Shown in pieces: positions 26,041-38,490 of a stretch of DNA of 64,000 nt. The DNA lies in the NCBI RefSeq assembly GCF_018350175.1, contig NC_058368.1:175648001-175712000 (forward strand). Direction: 5' to 3'. The stretch comes from Felis catus (Eukaryota). The notes beneath the pieces are model-generated. The model was not told where the DNA came from. It ran no database searches and saw nothing but the letters and a program-made list of their open reading frames with translations. Within the stretch, counting starts at the first letter, position 1. The number at the start of each line of letters is the position of its first letter. Position numbers and translations under genes: made by a program.

Positions 26041-27940
26041 GCTCACATTCTCAGTAAGATATTTAACAAGCAGGATTTGGAGATGTCATTGTTAAATTGC
26101 CAGGACTCCAGACTCTCAGAGATTCTCCCTTATGCCTTTCTTAGTTGAAAAGTTATCAGTATGTTCTCCAGAGGAGAGGGGGACTAAAATTTCTTGAGCA
26201 CCTCCTTTCCCCCATGCACTGGACTCAACTCATGCGTACTCACTCCACAGGGCACTTGTGAGATGGGATTTTCATCCCATTCTACAGGTGAGGTTCCAAC
26301 AGATTACATCACTGTCCAGGGAACACAGGGAGGCTTTGAACCCAGATCTATTTGGCCTCACAGCCCATGGTTGTTCTGTTGCTTCCCCACTGCCTCCTGG
26401 GTCTAGAACTCTGAGGAGGTGGGGGCCATTCTGAGGGCCCTGGATCAGGGGGCCCAGCCCTCACCCTAATCTTCAACTTCAGCCACTGACCGAAGTCTTC
26501 TCCCCTGCAAGGTGACTAAAGCAGACGGCCCAGCTGGTCCCCTCCCTAACTCACTGCCATCCTGTTTACTGGCCATCTGGCCTTCATCTCTGTGATTCTC
26601 TGACTGTTCCTCTTTAAGGACCCTCTTAAAGGGACACAGGCCCTCCTTGGTTTCAGTAAAGGACCCTCATTCCTAAGCCAACACATTCCCAACCTGTCAG
26701 GCAAGGCTGACAAAGAAAAGGCCAGAACAGCAGGGATTTCTGGTAGCAACACAAGTCTATTTCTAACCTCAGATTACAGCGCCCGAAGGGATTACCTGTT
26801 CTAAGCAAAAACAGTCCCCCCCCCACCCCCCCCCTCCGGCAGAAATGCAATCAGGGCAGCCTGACTCCACAGCAGGCTCCAAATACTCTCCACTGAAACT
26901 TGCTTTATCCTGCTTGAAACTCCTCTGTCTGTCCCAGGAGAGACTTGAAATATACTCTTTCTAGGAGCTGGTGGAAAATTAACCCACATTAGGAGAAAGC
27001 TAGGTGGTGCTGAATTGGGGACAGGAAGGTCCATTTGAAAGGAAAAAAATGTTCTTTGTAACCAGGACAAGGCTAAGCATGCCTTCTCTCTATTGGTCCA
27101 AATCTATGCCAGCCTCCCACTGGCATCCGTAGGTGTGCTGAGAACAAGCTATGGATTTCTATAGAGACTGTCACCATGGCACTTGGGGCCTTATTCTGCT
27201 ATTTTTAGAGGGAAAATAATCAAAAGGTCAAAGGAAGAAAATCTACCATAGGGATTTTCAAACTACAAATATTTATTAATGCTTCGGTGCGTGCCTGGCA
27301 TAACATCAGGTGCTGTCCATAGCAAGATGGGCTGGGAGAATTAACCTGTATTACAACCCCCATGAGTTCAGTGCAAGGCTAGGTGCTGACAGTCCATGAT
27401 CTGATCTCTCTCGCAACAGCCCTGAAAGGGCAACAGTAAAATCCCTATTTTGTCAATTGGGGGAAAAATGACATTTAAGTAAGTTGCCCAAGAGCATATG
27501 CGGGAGCACGGTACTGGATCAAGCCAAATCTTATTTGGAAGCAGAGGGTACGCACTGGGGGGACTCTGAATAGAAAGGCCTACAAGGTCCGTTCACAGGG
27601 ATGTGGAGTGGGTTAGGGAGCCCACAGAGGCACCGAGGCAGCTGATACTGGTACAGACAGCATCTCTAACTTCCTCTGTTAGAGGAGCTTTGCCTGAGGA
27701 GCAAGGAAAGGAAATCGTGTTACCAGCTCAGTGGGGACCACAGACGAGAAAGGGGCCCTGGGCTTGGAGCACACAAGAGTTGGGCAGAGAGCGGATGGTG
27801 GGGGGTGGCAAATGGAGTCACAGGCACAGATTCACCTACTGACCACACCTGGGTCATGCTCTCCGTCTGCTCCCTGGGTGGTGCTGAGCCCCAACAAGCA
27901 CCTGAGAGTGGAAGGGGGACGCTTCTGTGTAGAAATCGGC

Positions 27941-28373
27941 AATTACTGCATTAATTCTGTGTAACAACCACCAAACCCAGTGGCTTACACTAACGAGCAT
28001 TTTTTTTTCTTGCTCATGAATCTGAAGATAAATCGTGCTCCTGCTGGGGCTGCCTGGGCTCGGCTCCAGGCTGCAGGTTGAGTTGGGTCTACGCCATGGG
28101 CTCCTCACCCTTTGCGGACCAGGGGACATTTTTCTCTGTCGGATAACAGGAGTACAGAAGACTGACCCACACAAGCACATTTAGAGCCTCTGCTCACCGC
28201 ATACCCACCCACGTCCCACCGGCAGTGCAAGACTCTCGGCCAAGTTCAACAACAGTGCCACGGGGAGATAACCTCTAGCCATTCTGCTGAAAAGCATGGC
28301 AAACCCAGGAGGTAAAGGTATAATCCTGTTACGTGGGAATGAAGAATTAAAAGCAACATTCCAATCTACCACA
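27941..28373 (-). mobile_element. MaLR solo LTR (MLT1H-like)
   Basis: tgtgtaacaaccaccaaacccagtggctta...caatctaccaca. Confidence 0.75.
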
Positions 28374-29094
28374 TTCCTCAAAGGAGAATAAATAAATATG
28401 TTAATATCAAAAGAGGCATAGATGCAAGTTAAAAACAATCCACGTTCATAGACCATGTCCAGAGGTTGTATGAAACCATAGAAGTTTCATACAACATTCA
28501 TTTGGACAAGCTTCACAAGTCTGAGGCGGATAAGATCATGTTTGTTGGGTTCCTTACTGTCCTTGGGTCAAGAATCAAAGAATGTTGGTCAGTGAGATGA
28601 TAGAGACCTGGAGGGGGGCGGGGCAGGTCTTCAATGGAGACGTCAGGACTCTGAACTCAACAGCATATGTCATGATGATCAAATTCAGGGGAACTACAGA
28701 GTTAGGGGTCATCGCCCAACTCTGGGTCCTTACACATTTGGAACCCCCAAATATGGTGAATGGCACGTATAAGAGACTAACTCCAATCGCATGATGTTCA
28801 CAGGGGTAGCTGTAGGTCTTGCCCACTGGGGCTCAAAACTTGATCACATGGGCACAAGACCAGGGGATTTCACTTAGTTCTGTACTTTTAAGTATAGCCC
28901 TTCTCTGAGCTTCTGTTGCCTCATCCTCAAAATAAGACCTGCCTTGGAGAAGTATGGTGGAAGTTCAAGGCATACCCATGCGTGAACTGAGCCTGGAATC
29001 TAGGAGGTGCTCAGTGCACATTAGTGCCTGCCCATCCTTGCCTCAGTAGCCGCAGGGATTCACCTAGGGATCCTAGTTGACTCAATGATCATGC

Positions 29095-29330
29095 TGCGTT
29101 GGGTGTGTCCAACTGGAAAGTGGATGGGGCAAGCACTCAGTGTGTAAGGTGAGGAGGCCACTCCTCCCTGCACTTCAGCCCTCCTCTGCAGTGGTTCATC
29201 AGGTATCCTGCTACCAGGGGGACTTTGATAAAGGGTCACACATCCAGTAAGAGCCACAGGAAAGGGAAGAGATATCCTTTCCAACAAGAAAGTTGAAGGA
29301 ATAGGGGATCTTGAGGAAGGAGACAGTCAT
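29095..29330 (+). mobile_element. Possible ancient CR1/L3 fragment
   Basis: Weak similarity only (aagttgaaggaataggggat). Confidence 0.3.
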
Positions 29331-30094
29331 GTTGCCAAACATTTCTGGGAGTGGCGTTGAAAGGAGTGACTGCTATTTTGGGGAGTGTTGTTCGCAGTGT
29401 TGGATCCAACACTGGAGACTGTTGGATGCAAATGGCGGGCTGGAGATTTGGGCTCAGAGTTGGGACTTTGAACCCATTGCCTGAATTTGGAACGCACTGC
29501 CTTATTGCAGGGGTTTGGGTCAGACACACCTTATTCAAATCCTGGCTTAGCTGCTTACTCCCTGTGTGACCTTGGGCAAATATTTCTACTTCTGTGGGCC
29601 TCTGCCTGGGTCAGAGTTTTGAGCACATAAAATGCTAAGGAAGGGGTAACAACAGATGACAAAGATTCTGCCTGCCAATAAAAATCACTGCTCTATCCAG
29701 AATGAGAGACGAGGCAGAAGCCAATATGAGGGGAAATATTAACCCTCCCTTGGCACCCTGGGAGAATGAGACAATTTGAAGGTCATTGTTTTTGCCTACT
29801 GCCCTGTGAACTGGCAGGCTTCAGGGACAGAAAAGGGGTGAGGGCACTCTTTGCCTGTTCGAGCTATCCCTCCAGGACCTAGCATTAGACTTGAAACAAT
29901 GGCAGCCTTTGATCAATATTAGAAAGAAAGAAGGAGGGAAGGAGGGAGGAACGAAGGAGAATATTCTGTGTGCTAAGCACGCCTCCCTTACAGCATCTAA
30001 TCTTCCCAAGTACTGATAAATTGGGAATCACCATCCCTTATTTTCAGGATGATAACTAAGGAGAACTGAGCTTAGCAAATCGCCTTTTGCAATT

Positions 30095-30245
30095 ATGAAA
30101 CCCCGGGCAAGTTACTTACCTTCTCTGTGCCTCAGTTTCCTTATCTGAAAAGTGGAGGTGACAAACAATAGCATCTAACTCATAGGTTTGTCATGCGGGT
30201 CCTTTGTCTGGCATACAATAAGCCCTGATGAAATGCAAGCTATCA
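30095..30245 (+). mobile_element. MIR
   Basis: gggcaagttacttaccttctctgtgcctcagtttccttatctg. Confidence 0.85.
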
Positions 30246-31152
30246 TACCATGTTGTTGCAAAGGGCAGCTCTGGGGCTCAAACACAGGTCTCTGATTAGA
30301 AGATTCTTTCTACTATAACCCGCACATCTACGAACAAAGATTTAAATGCTTCCATCCCTGTTATCAATGCCTGAAATATAAATTAATTTTCAGCTCTCTT
30401 CCTTCTAAGTTGAGGCCTGAGCACAATTTTGGTAAGCCACACACGTGAAAGTTGCTCTAAGCTGGATTTTCTTGGAGGGTGCTGAAAATGTAGCAGAGAG
30501 CCGAGGGGGGAAATAACTCGCAAAAAATAGTGCCAAAGCAATAAATGCTGATTGTGGGACTCACGATGATGACAATCCATCGGCGTCCATGAATATTTGA
30601 TCAGATCAGCTTCCGGGAGTGCGGCCTGGAATTTTCAGGCAGGCTGTGGTTTGGGCTTGCAAGTAATGTACACGCAGGAAGGAAACTGACTCCCACACCC
30701 GGGCATCCCTCCCACCTGAAACTTCTGTTGTGCCAACCTGAAGCAGTGGTGGGTCAACCAAAGGGACCAAGGGATGAGGAGGAGTGGGGGGTGCTGCTCA
30801 CCAGCTGCCACCTCCCCCCTAGAGTGTCCCAAAGGGCCAGTGGTTCCCCAGGGCACTGATCTGAGATGATGCTATGAACACGGGCCAAAAGCCACTTCGC
30901 CTACTAGGAAAGAGCTGGAATAGTGTCAGCCAATCTCCAAGCCCCAAGATATCCTTCAGCTCCCTGGGAGAAGAAGGTCTGGGAGCAGCTGACTGACCGG
31001 CACAAAGTGGGGCTTCTCGAAGCGGATCTGGCTATACTCGGGTGATACCTACTTAAGCAGTTGAGGGAGGTCAGGCTTCAGCTTTCTGGAAACCCCAAGG
31101 TGAGGGAGGGCCTATAGCTGCTCCTTGAAACTTCACTTAAAAGGAAGTACCT

Positions 31153-31375
31153 GGGGCACCTGGGTGGCTCGGTTTGTTAAGCATCCGACTTCGGCTCAGG
31201 TCATGCTCTCACGGTTTGTGAGTTCAAGCCCCGTGTTGAGTCCCACTTAAGGCTCCATGCTGACACTGTGGAGCCTGCTTGGGATTTGCTCTCTCTCCCT
31301 GTCTCTTTGCCTGTCCCCTGCTTGTGTGCTCTCTCTCTTTCTCAAAAATAAATAAATAAACTTAAAAAAAAACAA
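31153..31375 (+). mobile_element. CAN-SINE
   Basis: Perfect TSD aaaaggaagtacctgg at 31139-31154 and 31376-31391. Confidence 0.95.
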
Positions 31376-32072
31376 AAAAGGAAGTACCTGGTTTGATCTC
31401 TATCTGCCGCTTGCCAGCTCTGGGATGTAAGCCAATCACCGAAGCCTCTGTGAACCACGGTTTCCTCATCTCTAATGTGAGGATACAAAAAACAAAAAAA
31501 ACAAAAAACAAAAAACAAAAAAACCCAGTTCGTGCATTTATTATGGGACACGAATGGGACCAGTCACGCAAAACATTTTGCACAGTGCTTGGCCCACATG
31601 AAGTGCTTAACGAACATGAGCTGCTTTTGTCATTTCTTGTCAAGGCTGCTGCTCAGGGTGTGTTCTTTGGAAACAGAACGATGTGTCATATTGGCCGAGG
31701 TCATCTTTGTTAGACCTGAGTGGAACAATGAGATAGTCTAGTGCCCAACCATTTCTTGGCGTCTGAGACTTGGGGACCCAGATAAGCAGTTCTTCTAGGT
31801 CACACAGGGAGCTGGCAGCAGAGGTGAGCCTGAATGCGGGCCTTCTGGTCTCTTCCTCGCTGCACGACCCAGTGCACGAAGTGTTCTCCCATGTATCTGT
31901 CTCTATCACGCCAGGCTGCCACCACCCCAAATTTGGAGCCACATATGGAGCAAAGATCACTGGGTCCAGGCCACCTTGTCTCTTTTGCCATTGTCCTCTC
32001 TTGCTGTGCATTCTGGGAAGCTTCTCCGAGCTCTGGAAAGCTTGGCGGCAGTCTTTTGACAGGTTTTTGGGG

Positions 32073-32283
32073 TTTTTTTTTAAACATTTATTCATTTTTG
32101 AGAGACACAGCATGAGCAGGGGATGGGCAGAGAGAGAGAGAGAGAGAGAGAGAGAATCCGAAGCAGGTTCCAGGCTCTGTGCTGATAGCAGAGAGCCTGA
32201 TGCGGGGCTCGAACTCACGGACCACGAGATCATGATGTGAGCCGAAGTCCGACGCTCAACCAACTGAGCCACCCAGGTGCCCC
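32073..32283 (-). mobile_element. CAN-SINE (SINEC_Fc type)
   Basis: polyT, long (AG)n, ...tgagccacccaggtgcccc. Confidence 0.95.
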
Positions 32284-32409
32284 CAGTTTTTTTTTTTTTT
32301 TAATGTCTACAGGAAATCAGCACAGGTAACCTCTCCAAGATTTCAGTTTGCTCTTACATTTCAGCCCCCAACCTCAATAATACCTCTGTTCTTTGTTCCC
32401 TCCATTTCA

Positions 32410-32636
32410 AATTTTTTTTTCTTTTTTTTCAACTTTTTTAAATTTATTTTTGGGGCAGAGAGAGACAGAGCATGAACGGGGGAGGGGCAGAGAGAGAGGG
32501 AGACACAGAATCGGAAACAGGCTCCAGGCTCTGAGCCATCAGCCCAGAGCCTGACGCGGGGCTCGAACTCCCGGACCGCGAGATCGTGACCTGGCTGAAG
32601 TCGGACGCTTAACCGACTGCGCCACCCAGGCGCCCC
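32410..32636 (-). mobile_element. Young full-length SINEC_Fc
   Basis: Nearly identical to the 3709 copy; perfect TSD tgttccctccatttca at 32394-32409 and 32637-32652. Confidence 0.98.
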
Positions 32637-34054
32637 TGTTCCCTCCATTTCAGAGGACAGCTGGAGAAATGTACGCGCCTACAGGTTCTTTTCATGGAAG
32701 TGAAAGCAAATGCTCACGGCACAGGGGCTTTCCCCTCACAAGGGAGCGGAAAGGAAGAGGGGGGTTGGTAAAAATCATGCCCCAGGCACTGAGCTTGATG
32801 CTGAAACGTGGAGGTTGCCTGTGTTGTTACGAATGCTATTTTTTCCCATAAACTTGAAGTGAACTGTAGTCCAGACAAAACCATGTGTGGCCTAAAAGTA
32901 AAACAAAACACCTAAGACTTAAGCCATGAGATGCATGGTGGCAGTAAGGGGGGGCTGGGGGGGGGGCGTGCAGCAGGTATAGGCTTTGAACCCCCACCGA
33001 CCTGAGTTCAAGTTCCAGTTCTGCCGCGCATGAGCCCTGACACCCTGAACACGTCCCTGGACCTCGGTCTTCTCACCAAACAGGCCCTTTGTCAGCCGTT
33101 AAAGAGACAACGTATGAAAAGTACCCAACACAGAAGGTGCACAGTCAGTACGAGCTTCCATCAAGTGTGGCCATCACCATGGGCTGACTTCCCCCCCAGT
33201 GGCATTTGGGGGGACCCCAGGACGGTTCTGCTGCCGGGAGGAGACTTGAAAATTCACTCAGTCTCTAAACTTCATTTTCCAGAGGAACAGACGAAGGTAA
33301 CTTCAAATGGAGGTAGAAAGCAAGCTGGAAATGCCCCCGGAAGTCTGTTCTCGAGTTCCTCCAGGGCCAGGACGGCTCACTCAAGGGGCCAGCGGTGGAC
33401 AGGCAGCAGGATCAGGAGTTTCGAGACTTAGGTACAAGGCCCGGGTCCACAACCTGGACCCCAGTGACGTCAGCACCACAGCCAACGATGCCGGTTTCCA
33501 CCTGAGGAGTCTGGGCCGAACCCACCAGGGGCCGCTTGGTCCTGTCTTCAAGGCTGTGGATGGACGAACTGATCAGCATTAGGTGTGCTCAGGTCTGTGC
33601 TTAGAGAATACTATCCGGAACGACAGAGCTGCTAACCTCATCTGTGTCCCAAACATTTGCTCGTTTGGCTCCAGTAGCCACAGGAGGCAGGAGCCATCAC
33701 CTCCCCTCCTTTGAAGCTTAGGGAGGTGAAATAACCCGCTCAAGGTCACACAGCTGCTACACGGAAGGAAGAGGGGGGCCGTGACCCCAGTCTGTCTGTC
33801 AGACTCCCGATTTCTGTGTTCTTGATCACAAGGCTGCTCTGGGCACGCCCGGGGCCTGGTGGGCCCTTCGCGAGTGGCCCCCACCACCAGCAGCAACGAG
33901 TTGTCTAGAACAGAGAGGACAGCTCTGCTAACCTCTCTGAAACACAGACTTTTGTCCCCAAGCTATTTGGGCCACAGCAGACTGCCCTCACCAACGCCTC
34001 TGAGTTCCGAGCAGGATGGGGGAGCCAGAGAGAGGATGGGCGGGCCTCTTGCCT

Positions 34055-34403
34055 CCTGCTTTAGTAGCTTGGCCTACACAACAAAGTACCGCAGACTGGG
34101 TGGCCGAAATGACAGGCATTTATTTCCTCACAGTCTGGAGGCTGGAAGTCCAAGATCAAGGTGCTGGCAGGGCTGGTTTCCTCTGAGGCCTCGGTCCTTG
34201 GCTTGTGGACAGGCATCTCCTCTCTGTGTGCACCTGGGTGTTTATTTCCTCTCTGTGTAGGGACATCAGTCATACTGGACGAGGACCGCCCAATATGACC
34301 TCATTCTAACTGAGCCACCTCTCTCCAAATACAGTCCCATTCTGAAGTAGTGGGGGCTGGGACTTCCACATATGAAATTAGGGGGAATGTGATTCAGCCC
34401 ATA
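34055..34403 (-). mobile_element. MaLR solo LTR (MLT1B-like)
   Basis: ggaggctggaagtccaagatcaaggtgctggcagggctggtttcctctgaggcc. Confidence 0.85.
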
Positions 34404-34995
34404 ATCTTTCCACTGGCTGTGAGGGGTCAGGGTACCTTTCTGGGCCTCAGACTCTGGCCTGCCTCCCAGTGACAGACGCCTCCGAGCTCAGGGCTCCCGG
34501 CAGCATCAGTGGCTGTTCACAGACAGGCAGGGCCTACTGTAGCGCCGTCTCCTCCAAGAGGCCTCTTCTGACCACCTTGTCTTAGGAAGAAACCCATTCC
34601 CCCCGCACGCACGATCTCATCGCCTAAACGTACGTGTTACTCGCTTGCTTGTTTCTTGTCCATCTCTCCCGCTAAAAGGCCACATCCATGAAGACAGGAA
34701 CTTAGGTTGTCCCAGCTGGATCCCCAGCTCTTTAAAATGCACCTAGGCCTAGGCCGGGAGATGGGGGAAGGGCTGGGGGAATGAAAAGGTGGAGCACAAG
34801 AGATTTGGGGAGCAGTGAAACTATTCCGTGTGATGCTATAATGGTGGATACATGTCATTATGCATTTGTTCAAACGCATAGAATGTTGCACACAAAGATG
34901 GATAAACTATGAACCTCAGGTAACAATATTAATGTTAGCTCATCAACTGTAGCAAATGTGCCTCACTAGGCAGGATGTTAATAAGAGGAGAAATG

Positions 34996-35219
34996 GGGGC
35001 GCCTGGGTGGCTCAGTCAGTTAAGTTTCTGACTTTAGCTCAGGTCATGATCTCACGGTTTTTGAGTTCAAGCCCCACATCGGGCTCTGTGCTGACAGCTT
35101 GGAGCCTGGAGCCTGCTTCAGATTCTGTGTCTCCCTCTCTCTGTTATTCCCCTGCTCATGCTCTCTCTCTCTCTCTCTGTCTCTAAAATATAAAAAAAAA
35201 AAAAAATTAATTTTTTTTA
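34996..35219 (+). mobile_element. CAN-SINE
   Basis: TSD aataagaggagaaatg / aataataggagaaatg. Confidence 0.95.
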
Positions 35220-35281
35220 AATAATAGGAGAAATGGAAGGGATGGAATTGGGGGTATATGAGAACTCTCTGATGCTTTTTT

Positions 35282-35495
35282 AAAAAATTTTTTTAACATT
35301 TACTTATTTTTGAGAGACAGAGGGAGGCAGAGCATGAGCAAGAGAAGGGGAGAGAGAGAGATACAGAATCTGAAGCAGGCTCCAGGCTCTGAGCTGTCAG
35401 CACAGAGCCCGACGTGGGGCTCGAACTCACGAACTGCGAGACCATGACCCGAGCCGAAGTCGGATGCTCAATCGGCTGAGCCACCCAGGCGCCCC
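35282..35495 (-). mobile_element. CAN-SINE inserted at the tail of the adjacent SINE
   Basis: TSD gatgctttttt at 35271-35281 and 35497-35507. Confidence 0.93.
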
Positions 35496-35501
35496 CGATG
35501 C

Positions 35502-35777
35502 TTTTTTTTTTTTAAAGTTTATTCATTTTTGTGTGACAGAGAGCACAGTGTGCATGCCAAAGTACATGGGGGCAGGGAAGGGGCAGAGAGGGAGGGAGAG
35601 AGAAAGAGCACGAGTGGGGGAGAGAGACAGAGAGAAAGGGAGAGGGAGAATCCCAAGCAGGCTCCACACTGTCAGCGGAGAGCCCGACGCAGAGCTCAAA
35701 CTCACAAACAATGAGATCATGACCTGAGCCAAAATCAAGAGTCAGACACTTGAAAAACTGAGCCACCCAGGTGCCCC
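35502..35777 (-). mobile_element. CAN-SINE (older, long purine tract)
   Basis: TSD gagaactctctgatgct (35260-35276) / gagaactctctgatact (35779-35795). Confidence 0.93.
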
Positions 35778-35846
35778 AGAGAACTCTCTGATACTTCCCA
35801 TTTGTTTTTCTGCAAACCTAAAACTGCTCAAGAAATAAAGTCTATT

Positions 35847-36021
35847 CTCTTAAAAACTGAGAACCAACTGAGGGTTGCGGGGGGGGGGGGGTGGGAGGGA
35901 GGGGAGGGTGGGTGATGGGTATTGAGGAGGGCACCTTTTGGGATGAGCCCTGGGTGTTGTATGGAGACCAATTTGACAATAAATTTCATATTTAAAAAAA
36001 TTTTTTTAAATGAAAAAAAAA
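35847..36021 (+). mobile_element. 5'-truncated felid L1 (L1_Fc-type 3' end)
   Basis: ctcttaaaaactgagaac...G-rich tract...gggatgagccctgggtgttgtatgg...aataaa, A tail; TSD aagaaataaagtctatt / aagaaatacagtctgtt. Confidence 0.9.
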
Positions 36022-36299
36022 AAGAAATACAGTCTGTTAATTAAAAAAAGAAACAAACACCTGGCAGGTGCCCAGTACCTCTTTGCCAATGACCGAGAGA
36101 ATCAACCGGTCAGACTCGATTTCTGAGGTTTTCTCCATACCTGGCATAGCAATCTAAAAAGCCTACGTGAGGCAACAAGGCACAGACCCTCAGAAAGGGT
36201 GACAGAGCTAGCAGGAAACACACGAGGTCAGTGATAATTAAGTGTTCATTCTAAAGCTCCTGTCAACTGCTGTGCTGTTGGTCACCTGCAGACAGACAG

Positions 36300-36628
36300 T
36301 TCCCCTGCCCACCTGAGCCGGCAGCAATGCCTTGCAGTCAATTAAAGCAAGCAACTTCCAACCAGTGAGAGACCGGAGTGGGGGGTTCCCTCAGTATGAC
36401 ATTCAAGAGTGTGAGCCGCACGGTTGCCCAGAGGTCCCCAGCAGGACGGAGCCCAGCTGCCCACGGCGGGAGCCTGTTCATCACATACACACCATTCAGT
36501 GCTTTCCCTCCCTTCCCTGTGTCACTTCCCCCACTCCCTCTCGAAGCTTCCTGGGGCCGCCGGTCAGATAAATCCTTGCCCCAACTCTTTGTCTCAGTGT
36601 CCGCCTCTGGGACAACCCAAACTAAGAC
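36300..36628 (+). mobile_element. ERVL LTR (LTR16-like)
   Basis: cccagaggtccccagcagga...ccttccctgtgtcacttccccactccct...gggacaacccaaactaagac. Confidence 0.75.
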
Positions 36629-37594
36629 CCTGTCCACTGCAAAACGTGCCCAGAGAGGGTATGCTGTAAGTGGTAACTGCTGTTTTCATAAGTACTTTTA
36701 ACGACAGGAATAACAGGAGTTATGATGGTGAATAAATAAGGCCCTGAGAGGGGAGATCTCTTGCCCAAGATCACTTGCAGAGGGCAGCGGGGGGGGGGGG
36801 GGGTCCTAATCTAGGTCTGTACATACCTACACACTCTGGGTTAAGATGCCTGCTGCCGATTTCCAGGGCTCCCAAGAAGAGACTGGAAGTATCCAGATGA
36901 TAAGAACACTGGGGTAATCCCAGAGAGCTTCCTGGAAAAATGTGCCCCTGGAACCTCCGTGGAAAAGCATAGATTCTGGAGCCAAAGCTTGGATCTGAGG
37001 TTGGATTCTGTGGCCCTGTGACTTTAACGACTCTGGGTCTCAGTAGTGTCATTAGAAAATGGGAATAGTTGGGCCCATCTCACAAGATTGTTGCAAAGAT
37101 TAAGAGAACAGGTTTCAGTGTGAGATAGCTCTGGGCTGGGTGCCAGCGCTGTGATATAGAAGCTAAGAAAACATTTTAAATCTCTCGAATAATTCTTTCA
37201 TCTGTAACCTGGAAATATTAACAGTACTTACATAGAATTAAAGAAGACGGCACATGTAAGTTGCTTAGCAAGGCACACGAAATACAGTAAGTGCTCGCTG
37301 AATATCTGGCGCTTTCAATCAAGATATTAGTGGCCGAGGGGTGAATCTGGGACACGCGATTTTGGAGAACAATGTGGCAGATCAAATTTCAAATGCCCTT
37401 ACCTCTGGCTCAGCAACTCCACTTTCAGGAGTTCATCCCACGGATCTATCAAGATTGAGGTGAGAGGACGCCGATGGGAGCATCACTACGAACAGCAAAA
37501 CACCGGAGACAACTCAAATGCCCGTTGCCAGGGAACCGGTCATATCAATTGTAGTAAGACTCACAAAGAAATAGCATGCGGTTGTTGGATGGCG

Positions 37595-37596
<2 letters not shown>

Positions 37597-37628
<32 letters not shown>
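37597..37628. repeat. (GT)n microsatellite
   Basis: Direct reading. Confidence 0.95.
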
Positions 37629-37629
<1 letters not shown>

Positions 37630-37645
37630 CAGAAAGATGTCCGAA

Positions 37646-37868
37646 GCGGTGCCTGGGGGGTTCAGTCACTTAAGCATCCAACTTTGGCTCAGGTCACGAT
37701 CTCACAGTTTGGTTCGTAAGTTCAAGCCCCACATCAGGATTGATGCTGTCAGCGCAGAACCTGCCTCAGATCTTCTGCCTCCTTCTCTCTCTGCTCCTTC
37801 CCTCCTCACGGGTGTGTGCACCCACAATCTCTCTCTCAAAAATAAATAAATCATTAAAAAAAAATAAC
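37646..37868 (+). mobile_element. CAN-SINE (diverged)
   Basis: ggctcaggtcacgatctcacagtt; flanks aaagatgtcc / aaagatggcc. Confidence 0.9.
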
Positions 37869-37962
37869 AAAGATGGCCACAATATAGTAAGTGACAGAAC
37901 TACGCAAATGGTGGAAGGCTCGGGTATATTCATCCATCTTTGTTAAAAAAAAAGAAAAAAGT

Positions 37963-38200
37963 GGGGCGCCTGGGTGGCGCAGTCGGTTAGGCGTCCGACT
38001 TCAGCCAGGTCACGATCTCGCGGTCCGTGAGTTCGAGCCCCGCGTCAGGCTCTGGGCTGATGGCTCAGAGCCTGGAGCCTGTTTCTGATTCTGTGTCTCC
38101 CTCTCTCTCTGCCTCTACCCAGTTCATGCTCTGTCTCTCTCTGTCCCAAAAATAAATAAAAAAACGTTGAAAAAAAAATTAAAAAAAAAAAAAAAGAAAA
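37963..38200 (+). mobile_element. Young full-length SINEC_Fc
   Basis: ggggcgcctgggtggcgcagtcgg..., long A tail, A-rich TSD. Confidence 0.97.
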
Positions 38201-38276
38201 AAAAAGGCATACCCATGTGCTTAGAAATATCCTAAAAGGATTTGCAAGGAACTATTACCAGTGATTACTGTACAGA

Positions 38277-38490
38277 GGTGGTTCTCAGCAGGGGTGATTT
38301 TGCCCCCAGGGACACCTGCTAAAATCTGGAGATGTTTCTGGTTGTCACAACTGGGAAGGTGGGGGGTGACGCCGGCATCTAGCAGAGGCCGAGGATGCTG
38401 TCCCCGCATCCTATAGTGCCCAGCAGAGCTCCCCACCACAAAGAATCCTCTGGTCCCAAATGCCAACAGTGTTGAGATTCAGAAAACCTG
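38277..38490 (+). mobile_element. MER20
   Basis: gtggttctcagcaggggtgattttgcccccagggacac...ggttgtcacaactggg. Confidence 0.9.

Larger units (their letters stand above)
34760..36050 (+). mobile_element. Ancient L1 (L1MC/MD-like) 3' UTR interrupted by four younger insertions
   Basis: ataatggtggatacatgtcattatgcatttgttcaaac...gggtatatgagaactctctg...ctgcaaacctaaaactgctc. Confidence 0.8.

Noticed and set aside
31640..32272. 210-aa ORF and similar MAQ.../GAPGWRSRLSVRLQPG ORFs elsewhere
   Set aside because: These are translations of CAN-SINE sequence and recur at many SINE copies
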